From contig SHMW01000037.1 of assembly GCA_008080735.1 (NCBI GenBank), forward strand, positions 1 to 38,188: a stretch of 38,188 nt of DNA. The letters are read 5' to 3'. Below, in pieces: positions 17,256-26,645 of this stretch. The stretch's first letter is position 1. Each line of letters starts with the position of its first letter. The notes under the pieces were generated by a model. It had not been told where the DNA came from and did not search any database. It saw only the letters and a program-made list of their open reading frames with translations. This stretch comes from Promethearchaeota archaeon (GTDB taxonomy: Archaea > Asgardarchaeota > Lokiarchaeia > Sigyniarchaeales > SOKP01). The position numbers and the translations under genes were made by a program.

Positions 17256-19295
17256 TCAAGGTAATGTATGGGTTTTTAACATAACTAAAAAGGTCTTTTC
17301 ATCTAATATCGTTGTTCCTTCTCGTTTTGCCATTTCAAACTTTGAACCTGGATTCTCTCCGACCACCAGATAATCAGTTTCACCACTCACGCTTGAAGTG
17401 ACCCTCCCACCTAGTTCTCGCACCTTTTCTGATGCTTCTGCCCGAGTGTAATTTTCAAGAGCTCCCGTAAATACAAACTTTTTCCCCTGTAAAAATTGTT
17501 CCTTCTTGCCCGACTCTATTTCCATTTGTACTCCGTTTGATCTTAATTCCTCAATGAGATCTCGGTTTTTTTCTTCCGTGAAGAACAACTCCACACTTTC
17601 GGCAATTTTTGGACCAATTTCGTCGATCTCTTCTAAGTCGCTTTTACTGGTTTCTATAAGACTATCGATAGAATCATAATGTTCGGTAATCACTCTGGCA
17701 ATATGATCACCAACATATGTAATACCGAGTCCATATAAGACCTTACTTAATCCCCTCTCTTTGCTCTGCTCAATCTCTTTTAATAGATTCTGAGCCGATT
17801 TATGACCCATCCGTTCTATATCTGCTAAATCACTCTCACTCAACTTATATATATCAGCAATATTTTTCACTACTCCATTATCTACGAGCCGATCTAAAAG
17901 TTTTGGGCCTAATCCTTTGATATTCATTGCTCCCCTGTCACCCCAGTGTTCAATCCTTTGCTTTACCTGAGCTGGGCATTGAGCATTCACACAACGGCGC
18001 GCAACTTCATCTCCAAATCGTCTTGCTTTACTGCCACAAACCGGGCATGTATGAGGCATTTGGAACTTTTCTTCATTTCCATCTCGTTTATCCTTAATAA
18101 CCTTTACCACTTGGGGGATAATCTCACCTGCTTTCTGGATTAACGCAACATCTCCGATGCGGATATCTTTCCTTTCGACTTCATCTTCGTTATGGAGTGA
18201 TGCTCTTCCGACCGTCGTCCCTGATAATTCGATAGGTTTCAATATCGCAATTGGGGTCAATTTCCCTGTTCTTCCCACAGAGACACGTATATCTTTGATC
18301 TCTGTCGTTTTTCTCGTAGGGGGATATTTATATGCAATTGCCCATCTCGGGTGATGAGTAGTATGTCCAAGTATTTTATGTGCTTCCAAATCATTAACCT
18401 TTATTACCATTCCATCAATTTCATAATTTAAGGTATCTTTTTGCTCTTCAAATTCTTTTAGATATTCATAGACCTCCTCAATTCCTCTTTTTACAACATA
18501 TTTATTTACTCTTAATCCCGCTTTTTTCATTTCCTCTATAGTTTCCTGATGAGTTGAAAAATCTCCTTCTTCATGATAACTCATCGAATAAATAAAAATG
18601 TTTAATGGTCGTTTTGCTACAATCTTGGGGTCCTTTGTTCGTACCGTCCCCGCAGCAGCATTACGTGGATTTGCAAATGGTTCCTCTCCCTTCTTTAATC
18701 GCTCCGCATTCATCTCATCAAAGGCTTCTCGAGGCATATAGATCTCTCCTCGAAATTCTGCGTTCCTTAAAATAGATTCTTCAGAAAGCTTCAAAGGTAT
18801 CGCATGGATTGTGCGAATATTAGGAGTAATATCATCCCCGCTGGCACCATCCCCCCGAGTAGCGCCCCTTTTTAATGATTTATCTTCATACAATAAAGCA
18901 ACCCCTAATCCATCTATTTTTGTCTCAACCACGTATTCAATCTCGGTTTGTTTCCAATTCCTTCTCACTCTTTCGTCGAAATCTTTTAATCCTTCATAAT
19001 CAAAGGCTTTATCTAAGCTTAACATCACTGATTTATGCTTGACCGTTTGAAACTCGTCAATCTCCCCTACTCCGACGCGTTGGGTGGGTGAATCTTCTGT
19101 TATATATTCTGGATATGCTTCCTCCAAGGCTTTTAATTCTCTTACAAGCTCATCATATTCCGCATCGCTAATTACAGGTTGATTTTCAACAAAATATTTT
19201 TTATCATGATATCTGATTTCTTTTCTTAAATCTTGTATGCGTTGTTCCGCATCATGTTTATTTTCTGGAATATTAGGTTCATTATTATCTGACAT
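17256..19295 (-). CDS. ligA: NAD-dependent DNA ligase
   Basis: ISDAEYD, SPTQRVG, MLSL, ETKIDG (KxDG), ATRGDG, ANPRNAAAG, PRWAIAYKY, VGRTGK, Cys4 Zn finger, HhH, BRCT (FVFTG..GSK). Confidence 0.98.
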   Translation of the reverse strand: MSDNNEPNIPENKHDAEQRIQDLRKEIRYHDKKYFVENQPVISDAEYDELVRELKALEEAYPEYITEDSPTQRVGVGEIDEFQTVKHKSVMLSLDKAFDYEGLKDFDERVRRNWKQTEIEYVVETKIDGLGVALLYEDKSLKRGATRGDGASGDDITPNIRTIHAIPLKLSEESILRNAEFRGEIYMPREAFDEMNAERLKKGEEPFANPRNAAAGTVRTKDPKIVAKRPLNIFIYSMSYHEEGDFSTHQETIEEMKKAGLRVNKYVVKRGIEEVYEYLKEFEEQKDTLNYEIDGMVIKVNDLEAHKILGHTTHHPRWAIAYKYPPTRKTTEIKDIRVSVGRTGKLTPIAILKPIELSGTTVGRASLHNEDEVERKDIRIGDVALIQKAGEIIPQVVKVIKDKRDGNEEKFQMPHTCPVCGSKARRFGDEVARRCVNAQCPAQVKQRIEHWGDRGAMNIKGLGPKLLDRLVDNGVVKNIADIYKLSESDLADIERMGHKSAQNLLKEIEQSKERGLSKVLYGLGITYVGDHIARVITEHYDSIDSLIETSKSDLEEIDEIGPKIAESVELFFTEEKNRDLIEELRSNGVQMEIESGKKEQFLQGKKFVFTGALENYTRAEASEKVRELGGRVTSSVSGETDYLVVGENPGSKFEMAKREGTTILDEKTFLVMLKTHTLP

Positions 19296-19337
19296 TATCT
19301 CTTCCTTTTTTATTGGGAATATGGATTATAAATTCCA

Positions 19338-19514
19338 CTAAAATTTAAACGGCTCTGGAGGCTTTGGACCCTTTCCAGGAAAAGGACGTCGATCAGATGG
19401 ACCGGGAGTTCTTCTTAATAATTTCTCCAAATTTGAAATTCTTCTTTCCAGTTCGTCCAATCGGGATTCTATTTTATTTATCCTTTCGATTAAATTAGGA
19501 TTATTTACAGACAT
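19338..19514 (-). CDS. Unannotated 58-aa small protein (coiled coil + Pro/Gly/Arg tail)
   Basis: Hand translation: MSVNNPNLIERINKIESRLDELERRISNLEKLLRRTPGPSDRRPFPGKGPKPPEPFKF*; clean heptads; GC-rich coding-like tail in an AT-rich gap. Confidence 0.75.
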   Translation of the reverse strand: MSVNNPNLIERINKIESRLDELERRISNLEKLLRRTPGPSDRRPFPGKGPKPPEPFKF

Positions 19515-19694
19515 AAGTATTTTTAATTGTGAGTTATTAGTTGATGAGATTTGGATATAATCTCAATAGATTGCGTTCGATTTAAGGTATAAACCTAAGT
19601 TATATAAATTTATTGGCTAAGTGTTATAAATTGTGGATTATGGGGTTTTATGCTCAAAATTCTCAATTCAAAATAAAGTTCGCCTACCACCTTT

Positions 19695-19706
19695 AGGTTC
19701 GAACCT
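19695..19706. promoter_or_regulatory. Perfect palindrome AGGTTCGAACCT, candidate operator
   Basis: 12-bp dyad between the divergent small ORF/ligA unit and the wHTH gene. Confidence 0.35.
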
Positions 19707-19766
19707 CAAGAACTAATATCCGTACTTTTGTTCAAGTTTAAGTACTTGATTTTCAATTATATACAT

Positions 19767-21068
19767 ATGGAGAGTTATAATATCTCTGAAGAAATTGGAA
19801 AAAGTGTTTCAGACCTAATCAAAGAACTTGATTATGATAAACGCATCCTATTCATTTTAAAAAACTTAGGACCACATAGATTCTCTGATTTAGAAGAAAA
19901 AGCCGAGATGAGTAAATCTACGCTTTCAAAATACATAAAAATCCATCTTCAAAAAAATAATATAGAAAAAAAAATTTATGAGAAATCTCCCCACTATTTC
20001 ATAACTGAAAAAGGGATTGAAAAACTTAATGAGGATCCAGCTGTCAATGAAAATGAATTGTTTGATCGAAACAAGATAAATGATACAGTTATTAAAACAT
20101 CGGAATTAATCGATTTTTACAATCAAATTGGTGTTGAAGAATCGATTCTCTTTCAAATTCTTCGAAAGATTTCAAAAATCGGAGATGAGTTTTTTAAATT
20201 GAATCAGAACCGGGAATTATTTTTAGCATTATTTTATATGTTTTTAAATTCAGCGTTAACGCGGGATTATAAGTTCGAAATAAATGAATTTTGTAAATAT
20301 TATGGCGTGAAACGATTACGGATTGATTTTTATGTGGATAAGATCATGTCGAGCAATTTTGGATTTTATATGTTCACTAGAGACAATGATGTGTTCTTTT
20401 TTCATAAGGATGATATTTTAGGCACAACCACCAATCGTTTGATTAAAGACCAGCTTATTGAGGAGATTATTCATATTAATCTAAAGGGTTATCGTCAGTT
20501 TTACGATTTAGACAATATGGCAGAGGAAATAGCAGATAAACTTATAGATATGAACTTAATATGGGATAAAATTCGAGAACCGTTTGAAATGCTCATTGAA
20601 AAATTAATTATCCGTACTGCGATGGATATGGGACTCTCCAAAACCTTCCTAATGGATATTGTAGTCCAATCAGAGAAGTTGGCAAAATCAGAAGAGGGAG
20701 TTAATTCTCTAGTCAATATAATTAAGGGATCAGAGAAATATGAAGATCTGAATATTGTTTCTATTTCCGAATCTCATGAAGAGAAATTAGAGGAACTCTT
20801 AGATAAGATTAAAGGCTTTTGCCCGAACTGTGGAAAATCAATCCTTCGAAGGGATATCTCCAAAATATGCACGAGATGTGGAAATAAATTCGAAATCTCA
20901 AGTCTCTTAAAAAGTATCGATAAGGCGAATCAAGCCAGTATCGAATATAAACAAGCACTCTTAAAACAAGAAGAACTAATCATATGTCCGAATCCCGATT
21001 GTGAAGCAAAAGTTTCACTTAATTGGGAAGAATGTCCAATCTGTCATACACAAATAAAGGAAAATTAA
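19767..21068 (+). CDS. Winged-helix (ArsR/MarR-like) regulator with C-terminal zinc ribbons
   Basis: RILFILKNLGPHRFSDLEEKAEMSKSTLSKYI...YFITEKG; CPNC..CTRC and CPNPDC..CPIC; ATG at 19767 preferred over TTG at 19728. Confidence 0.8.
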   Translation: MESYNISEEIGKSVSDLIKELDYDKRILFILKNLGPHRFSDLEEKAEMSKSTLSKYIKIHLQKNNIEKKIYEKSPHYFITEKGIEKLNEDPAVNENELFDRNKINDTVIKTSELIDFYNQIGVEESILFQILRKISKIGDEFFKLNQNRELFLALFYMFLNSALTRDYKFEINEFCKYYGVKRLRIDFYVDKIMSSNFGFYMFTRDNDVFFFHKDDILGTTTNRLIKDQLIEEIIHINLKGYRQFYDLDNMAEEIADKLIDMNLIWDKIREPFEMLIEKLIIRTAMDMGLSKTFLMDIVVQSEKLAKSEEGVNSLVNIIKGSEKYEDLNIVSISESHEEKLEELLDKIKGFCPNCGKSILRRDISKICTRCGNKFEISSLLKSIDKANQASIEYKQALLKQEELIICPNPDCEAKVSLNWEECPICHTQIKEN

Positions 21069-21080
21069 TATATATGGGTT

Positions 21081-22028
21081 TTAGGTTGAGAATTTGAGCA
21101 TCTTTTCAATGGGATTATATGCTTTCTTAGCAATATCCTCGGGAACTTTTACCTCATATCTCTCATTATCTAAATTTTCCAAGAGCATTTTGATTGTTTC
21201 CAGCTTATTCTTTTTCATATCCTCACATATAAGCCCATCAGAGGCTAAATTAAATTTATTTTTAGGAAAATCAACAGTTAATCTATCCAATAATCCTTTT
21301 TCCGTTCCAATAATAAAATCCTTCTGGCCAGTATGATGCTCTTCTACAAAGCTGTAAATTCCCGCAGTTGAGCCAATATAATCCGCATAATCTCTTACAC
21401 TTTTCTCACATTCTGGATGGACTAAAACTTGGGCACTAGGATGCTCCTCTCTAACTTCTTGAATGTCATCTATATTCAAATGAGAATGTACATAACAATG
21501 CCCCTTTCCTGGCATTTTTATCACACTAATTTCGGAACGTTCTTCTGCATATTCAGCTAAATTCTTATCAGGTCCAAATAATACCTCCTCCACCCCAAAT
21601 TCTTTACTTATCTTCTTAATAATATTCACTGAATTTGATGAGGTACAACAAATATCAGATTCTGCTTTTACTTCAGCCGTACTATTTACGTAAGTAATTA
21701 CCGGAAGCTCGGGATACTCTTTTCTGTATTGGTTCACAATATCTCGATTTAAAAAATTCGCTAAAGGACAACAGGCTTCAAGGGACGGGATGATTATATG
21801 TTTATCTTGATTTAGGATAGACGCGGTTTCCGCCATAAAAAGTACACCAGCAAAAATGATATATTTGGTTTTTGCTTTTTCCTTCGCGATACGCGATAAA
21901 CCTAGAGAATCTCCTAAATGATCCGCTATTTCCTGTATTTCGAGTTCCTGATAATAATGCGCTAAAATCGTGACATCCTTCTGATTCCTTAATTCAACAA
22001 TCTCATTCTGGAGTTGATTCAATTTCAT
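21081..22028 (-). CDS. nadA: Quinolinate synthase
   Basis: LAHYYQ, GDSL, GVLFMAE, YVNS, CTSSN, GPDKNL, CYVH, VHPEC, GST, GTEKG, ICEDMK. Confidence 0.97.
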   Translation of the reverse strand: MKLNQLQNEIVELRNQKDVTILAHYYQELEIQEIADHLGDSLGLSRIAKEKAKTKYIIFAGVLFMAETASILNQDKHIIIPSLEACCPLANFLNRDIVNQYRKEYPELPVITYVNSTAEVKAESDICCTSSNSVNIIKKISKEFGVEEVLFGPDKNLAEYAEERSEISVIKMPGKGHCYVHSHLNIDDIQEVREEHPSAQVLVHPECEKSVRDYADYIGSTAGIYSFVEEHHTGQKDFIIGTEKGLLDRLTVDFPKNKFNLASDGLICEDMKKNKLETIKMLLENLDNERYEVKVPEDIAKKAYNPIEKMLKFST

Positions 22029-22110
22029 AATTAATCATATCAATATTGATTTGATGGGAAGAAGAGAATTTTATAACAAATAATTAATGCTAAATTTTAA
22101 GATATATGAT

Positions 22111-23481
22111 TTAGGATTCTAAATTCGTAGGGAGAAATACGCGAAAAATGCTTCCTTGCCCTTCATGACTCTCTACATTAATCCAGCCATTATGGTCTTC
22201 TGTGAAGGTTTTGACAATTGTTAAACCTAATCCAGTACCTTTTCCTTCGTCTTTAGTAGTAAAAAATGGTTGGAAAATATTATCTAATGTATGTTTATCC
22301 ATTCCAATCCCATTATCTTCAATATATATTTGTATATAGTTCTCTGATTCCCCTCTATCTTTTAAATTATAATCTAAATCCTCCTTTTTCAGAAGCAGAG
22401 TTTTGATGATAATCTTACCCCCATCTGGCAACGCATCTCTAGCATTTATCATGAGGTTTAATAGGATTTGTTCGATTTTTCCCACATCGCCTTGGATGTT
22501 CGGGAGGTTGGAATCTAATTTAGTTAGTATTATAATATCTTCCGCGATGAAATAATTCATCATTTCTAACAATTCTTTGATAATATCATTGATATTTATT
22601 ATCTTCAAATCCATTTGCCGTGAGTCTTCTTTACTGTATACCAGTAGTCGATGAATTAATTTTGCAGAACTCTTAATAGAAAGACTAATTTCGTTGAGGT
22701 AACTATTGATTTGGTCATCGCTTTCAATTTCCATTCGAGCCATATCAGCATAACTTTTTATTATAGAGAGTAGATTGTTAAAATCATGGGCAATGCTGCT
22801 TGTAAGCACCCCTATATTATTTATACGTTGCAAATTTTGCATTTGTAATTGGATTTCTCTTTTTTCTTGCTCTATATCTTCTCTTTCTGAACGTTTTATA
22901 ATTTTTAATCCATCATTTCTATCAAATAATGAAAAATCATGGGTATTTGCAATGCTTAAAATATCAGCTTTGATAAATTTATTGATTGGATAGGTACAAA
23001 GCATCATCATATCCCATTTACTTTTTGCATCATCTATTTTTAACTCATAGCACATAAAATCTTCAAAATCTTCCTTTCTTAACCAATTGGTATCCCCGGT
23101 AAGTCTTATTCCATTATACTTATGCTCTAATCCATCTGCAAGGATTTTATCCAGAAATGTAATTGGATTTTTATCGCTAATCGCTTGATTTTCTAAAAAA
23201 AATTCATCATAATCAATAATCTTCAATTGCTCCTTGAGATTAACCTTTGATGATCTTCCATTTAATTCATTCACGATTATGTCATATGCATCCTCAATGT
23301 TGATTTCATTTGAAGTTATCCAGATACAGATTTCATTGGAAATTAGACCCTCAATTATAAAATCAAGTAAAAGTTTCAAGAGTTCCTCAACTGAATAATA
23401 AAAATAGCAAAAATGAGTTCCCCAAGGAATCTGACCAACAATACTAATTCCACTATTTCTTAAATTGTCTGTGTTTCCCAT
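22111..23481 (-). CDS. MEDS-domain sensor histidine kinase
   Basis: IPWGTHFCYFY..GIRLTGD..LCTY (MEDS); H-box AHDFNNLL, N-box NLMINARDA, DNGIGM, FQPFFTTK, GKGTGLGL. Confidence 0.93.
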   Translation of the reverse strand: MGNTDNLRNSGISIVGQIPWGTHFCYFYYSVEELLKLLLDFIIEGLISNEICIWITSNEINIEDAYDIIVNELNGRSSKVNLKEQLKIIDYDEFFLENQAISDKNPITFLDKILADGLEHKYNGIRLTGDTNWLRKEDFEDFMCYELKIDDAKSKWDMMMLCTYPINKFIKADILSIANTHDFSLFDRNDGLKIIKRSEREDIEQEKREIQLQMQNLQRINNIGVLTSSIAHDFNNLLSIIKSYADMARMEIESDDQINSYLNEISLSIKSSAKLIHRLLVYSKEDSRQMDLKIININDIIKELLEMMNYFIAEDIIILTKLDSNLPNIQGDVGKIEQILLNLMINARDALPDGGKIIIKTLLLKKEDLDYNLKDRGESENYIQIYIEDNGIGMDKHTLDNIFQPFFTTKDEGKGTGLGLTIVKTFTEDHNGWINVESHEGQGSIFRVFLPTNLES

Positions 23482-23715
23482 GTTATATCTTAAATCGATT
23501 TGAATTAATCTTTCATGATTTTTTTCTTATAGTAGCTTTATCTCTGGTGATATTCATATATATTAAGAGCATTTGAATATATAAATCTGCACAATTTTTT
23601 ACGGATTTAAAACTATAGGTGAATATTTTTTAGAGGATAATATAAGATGGTTTAAAATAAATTTAGACTTTTCAGATCATTTAAAATGGGTTGAGGGACT
23701 TCAAATATGAAAAAA

Positions 23716-24933
23716 TTACACTAAATTATATTTTTCAGCAATTTCTACAAAGGAATCTGCAAAATACTTAACTTGCTCCCAAGTAAGACCATATGTGTTG
23801 AATTTGATCTCTTTAGAAATCCCTGGTAATAAGCCTAGAATTCCTCTTTCTTTAAATTCATCTCGAAGAAAGAATCCTCTACGTGGATGAGATTTAGCAA
23901 CCTCTTCAAAACACTTAGTCTCCACATTAGTGAGTGGATGAACTTTTGGAAGTTTCCCTAATACTTTCAGATCTTGGATTTTTTGTATTTTCTCAATTAC
24001 ATAATTCGCCTTTTTAGATTCCTCTTCAACGAATTTCTTCTGAGTTCTTTTCACGATCGTGGGAAAACTAGCCATCAGAGTAATTAGCGGTGCGCCATAA
24101 ACGGGAGGACAACCCATGAAGGTACATATCTTATTTGAGAACGACTTGTTTGTTAAATTACCTTGGATTTGTGAGTGAACCATCACATCATCGTAATATT
24201 TGTCCTTAAAGCCAAGGAGACCAATTGGACCTGATGATGCCATAGATTTATGTCCGCTGCAAGCGATAAAATCGATATTCGCATCATCACAATCTATGGG
24301 TAGGATACCTCCAGAATAAGCAGAATTCAGTAAAAATGGGATGTCATAATTTTTACATATTTCCCCAATTGGGTTTGGATCATTATAATTGCCATATTTG
24401 TAATCGACATGTGTCAAGACTACCAAGAGAGGCAATTCTCCTTCATCTTCGCGGACTTGATTGATGATAGTCTCAAAATCTTCGTTCATTAATTTAAATT
24501 CGGGATAACCCTTGTGAGGGACTTCTTTTACTTTTAATTTATTCGTTTCAATTGCTAGATATGTGGTATAATGTGCTAAGCTGTCAACAACCACCACTTT
24601 CCGTTCTGGATATCTTTCAGCCAAAACAGACATTGTAATTTGTTTGGATTTTCTTGCGGCGGCAGTGGGCATCACATTTTCGATATTCAGATATTTCGAT
24701 AGATCATCTAAAAAATCGACGACTGGAGGATTTTCGATCTTATCAATCCTTCCTTTCAAACAATTATCACATAAACTATAGCCGTCAGCATAAGCAACTA
24801 ATGCTTTATGTGCTTCTGGGGTTAATAATCCTCCTCTCTGGATGGGATGGATATTAATAAATTCTTCATTTATCGTTCTGCTCAAATATGAATATTTTTG
24901 CTCCAGCTCTTTATTGTATTTCAAATTCACCAA
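23716..24933 (-). CDS. pscS: O-phosphoseryl-tRNA:Cys-tRNA synthase (SepCysS)
   Basis: INIHPIQRGG, DGYSLCDNC, AHYTT, HVDYKYGN, NSAY, PLP-lysine motif SGHKSMASSGPIG, GC, HPRRGFFL. Confidence 0.93.
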   Translation of the reverse strand: MVNLKYNKELEQKYSYLSRTINEEFINIHPIQRGGLLTPEAHKALVAYADGYSLCDNCLKGRIDKIENPPVVDFLDDLSKYLNIENVMPTAAARKSKQITMSVLAERYPERKVVVVDSLAHYTTYLAIETNKLKVKEVPHKGYPEFKLMNEDFETIINQVREDEGELPLLVVLTHVDYKYGNYNDPNPIGEICKNYDIPFLLNSAYSGGILPIDCDDANIDFIACSGHKSMASSGPIGLLGFKDKYYDDVMVHSQIQGNLTNKSFSNKICTFMGCPPVYGAPLITLMASFPTIVKRTQKKFVEEESKKANYVIEKIQKIQDLKVLGKLPKVHPLTNVETKCFEEVAKSHPRRGFFLRDEFKERGILGLLPGISKEIKFNTYGLTWEQVKYFADSFVEIAEKYNLV

Positions 24934-25319
24934 GATCTTTCAACTATTTTTCTATTTTTTATTACTTCTAATAATTCTCAAAAAATTAAAAGAATTTTTA
25001 AAACTTCTAATATGATTCATTCGACTTAAGAAGTTCAAGTAATTTATAATTACAATTCTTTAAATGATCCAAGAATTTATGAAAGAACTTAATCAATAGA
25101 TTTGGATTCCTTAGCTATATTTACCAGAGGAAAGCGGAAATGAATTTGATTTCAATCCGAGGATTAGATACGTAATTTCTGAAAACCCTATTTTATTTTT
25201 ACGATAAGATTCTATCTGCTCTCTACTTTTCAATTTAAACCAAACAATAAAATGAATTGGAAATTTTACATAATTACAAAAAAATGGATTAATATTATTT
25301 TAAAAAATTAATTGAAAAG

Positions 25320-25874
25320 GTGATAAAAGAAAAAATGCCAATAATGCCGAGCCCTCGTACGGGTAAAGAACCGAAAATCCACGAGTCTGTTTTTATCGCC
25401 CCTAATGCTATGGTTATAGGTGATGTCGAGTTAGAGGATGGTGTAAATATTTGGTTTGGAGCGATTCTGAGAGGAGATTGGGGGACAATAAAAGTAGGAA
25501 AGAATACAAGCATCCAAGAAAATGTCACTATTCATCTAGAGATGGGAAGGGGCGTAACTATCGGTGCTGATTGTATTATAGGACATCATGCCATGGTTCA
25601 TGGTCCATGTGAGATTGGAGATGGGTGCATAGTAGGAATAGGCTCTAATCTTTTACATAATTCAAAACTAGGCGATGGATCTGTATTAGCTGCTGGTGCT
25701 GTATTATTAAATAAAGAGATACCTCCACGTAGCTTAGCTGTGGGGATACCCGCTGAAACGAAAAAGGAGGGAATTTATACGGGGAAATTACAAGGAGCAA
25801 AAACATCTGGAGAATATGTAAAAAATGGAGCTGCATTTAAAAAATATTTTGAAGAAAATCAAAATTGTTTCTAA
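25320..25874 (+). CDS. Gamma-carbonic anhydrase family (hexapeptide repeat) protein
   Basis: FIAPNAMVIGDV, WFGAILRGD, IQENVTIH, IGHHAMVHG (Zn His ligands), GIPA. Confidence 0.92.
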   Translation: MIKEKMPIMPSPRTGKEPKIHESVFIAPNAMVIGDVELEDGVNIWFGAILRGDWGTIKVGKNTSIQENVTIHLEMGRGVTIGADCIIGHHAMVHGPCEIGDGCIVGIGSNLLHNSKLGDGSVLAAGAVLLNKEIPPRSLAVGIPAETKKEGIYTGKLQGAKTSGEYVKNGAAFKKYFEENQNCF

Positions 25875-25895
25875 CTAATTCTCTTTATTTTTCTT

Positions 25896-26645
25896 TCATT
25901 CCATACAATAGCAAAAACAATTTTCATCCTTGATTACTTTTATCTTATTAAATGTCATATTAAGCAAGTTTACCATTAAGAGCTGATTTTCCAAATTTGG
26001 AAGGCCAAGAACGGTTTTAATTACTTCTAATGCTTCTAATGTACCCAAAACTCCCGCAGTCACTCCAATCACAGGAAGAGGGCTTTCAGAATCATCTTCC
26101 TCTTCTGGCTCGGAAAAGACACATTGATAACATGCGCTTTCTTTTGGATTGATTGTAAGAATTTGACCATAAAAGTCTTTTATTCCCGCGATAACAGTGC
26201 GAATGTTATTTTGGATTCCAGTTCTATTAACGAGGAACTTTGTTTTCATATTATCGCTGCAATCTATAAGGAAGTCAATATCATTGATATATTTTTTTAT
26301 GGACTCATCATCTACGTAATCCTTATATGCCTTTATATTTACTGAAGAGTTTAATGACGATAAACGTTCTTTTGCCACCTTTACCTTCTCTTGTCCGACA
26401 TCTGCTTCGCTATATAATATTTGTCTTTGTAAATTTGAAACAGAAACAGTATCATTATCAATAATCCTTAATTCTCCGATCCCCGCAGCTGTTAAGTATA
26501 GCGCACACGGAGATCCTAATCCCCCGGTTCCGATTTGGAGGATTTTTATTTTGGATAACTTTTGTTGCCCTTCTTCTCCTATTGATTCTGAAAGTATTTG
26601 TCTAGAATACCTTTCAAATTCTTTTTCATTTAACATAATCTTCAA
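25896..26645 (-). CDS. ThiF/MoeB/HesA-family (E1-like) adenylyltransferase
   Basis: RYSRQI, GTGGLG, DNDTVSVSNLQRQ, DCSDN, CYQC. Confidence 0.93.
   Translation of the reverse strand: MKIMLNEKEFERYSRQILSESIGEEGQQKLSKIKILQIGTGGLGSPCALYLTAAGIGELRIIDNDTVSVSNLQRQILYSEADVGQEKVKVAKERLSSLNSSVNIKAYKDYVDDESIKKYINDIDFLIDCSDNMKTKFLVNRTGIQNNIRTVIAGIKDFYGQILTINPKESACYQCVFSEPEEEDDSESPLPVIGVTAGVLGTLEALEVIKTVLGLPNLENQLLMVNLLNMTFNKIKVIKDENCFCYCME

Noticed and set aside
19690-19712. GGTTCGAACC resembling a tRNA T-arm
   Set aside because: No 5-bp T stem, acceptor stem or anticodon arm on either strand; it is a simple palindrome
25064-25207. 48-codon frame with two in-frame TAG codons (pyrrolysine readthrough or pseudogene?)
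   Set aside because: No recognisable homology and too short; TAG is used as a normal stop by several genes here
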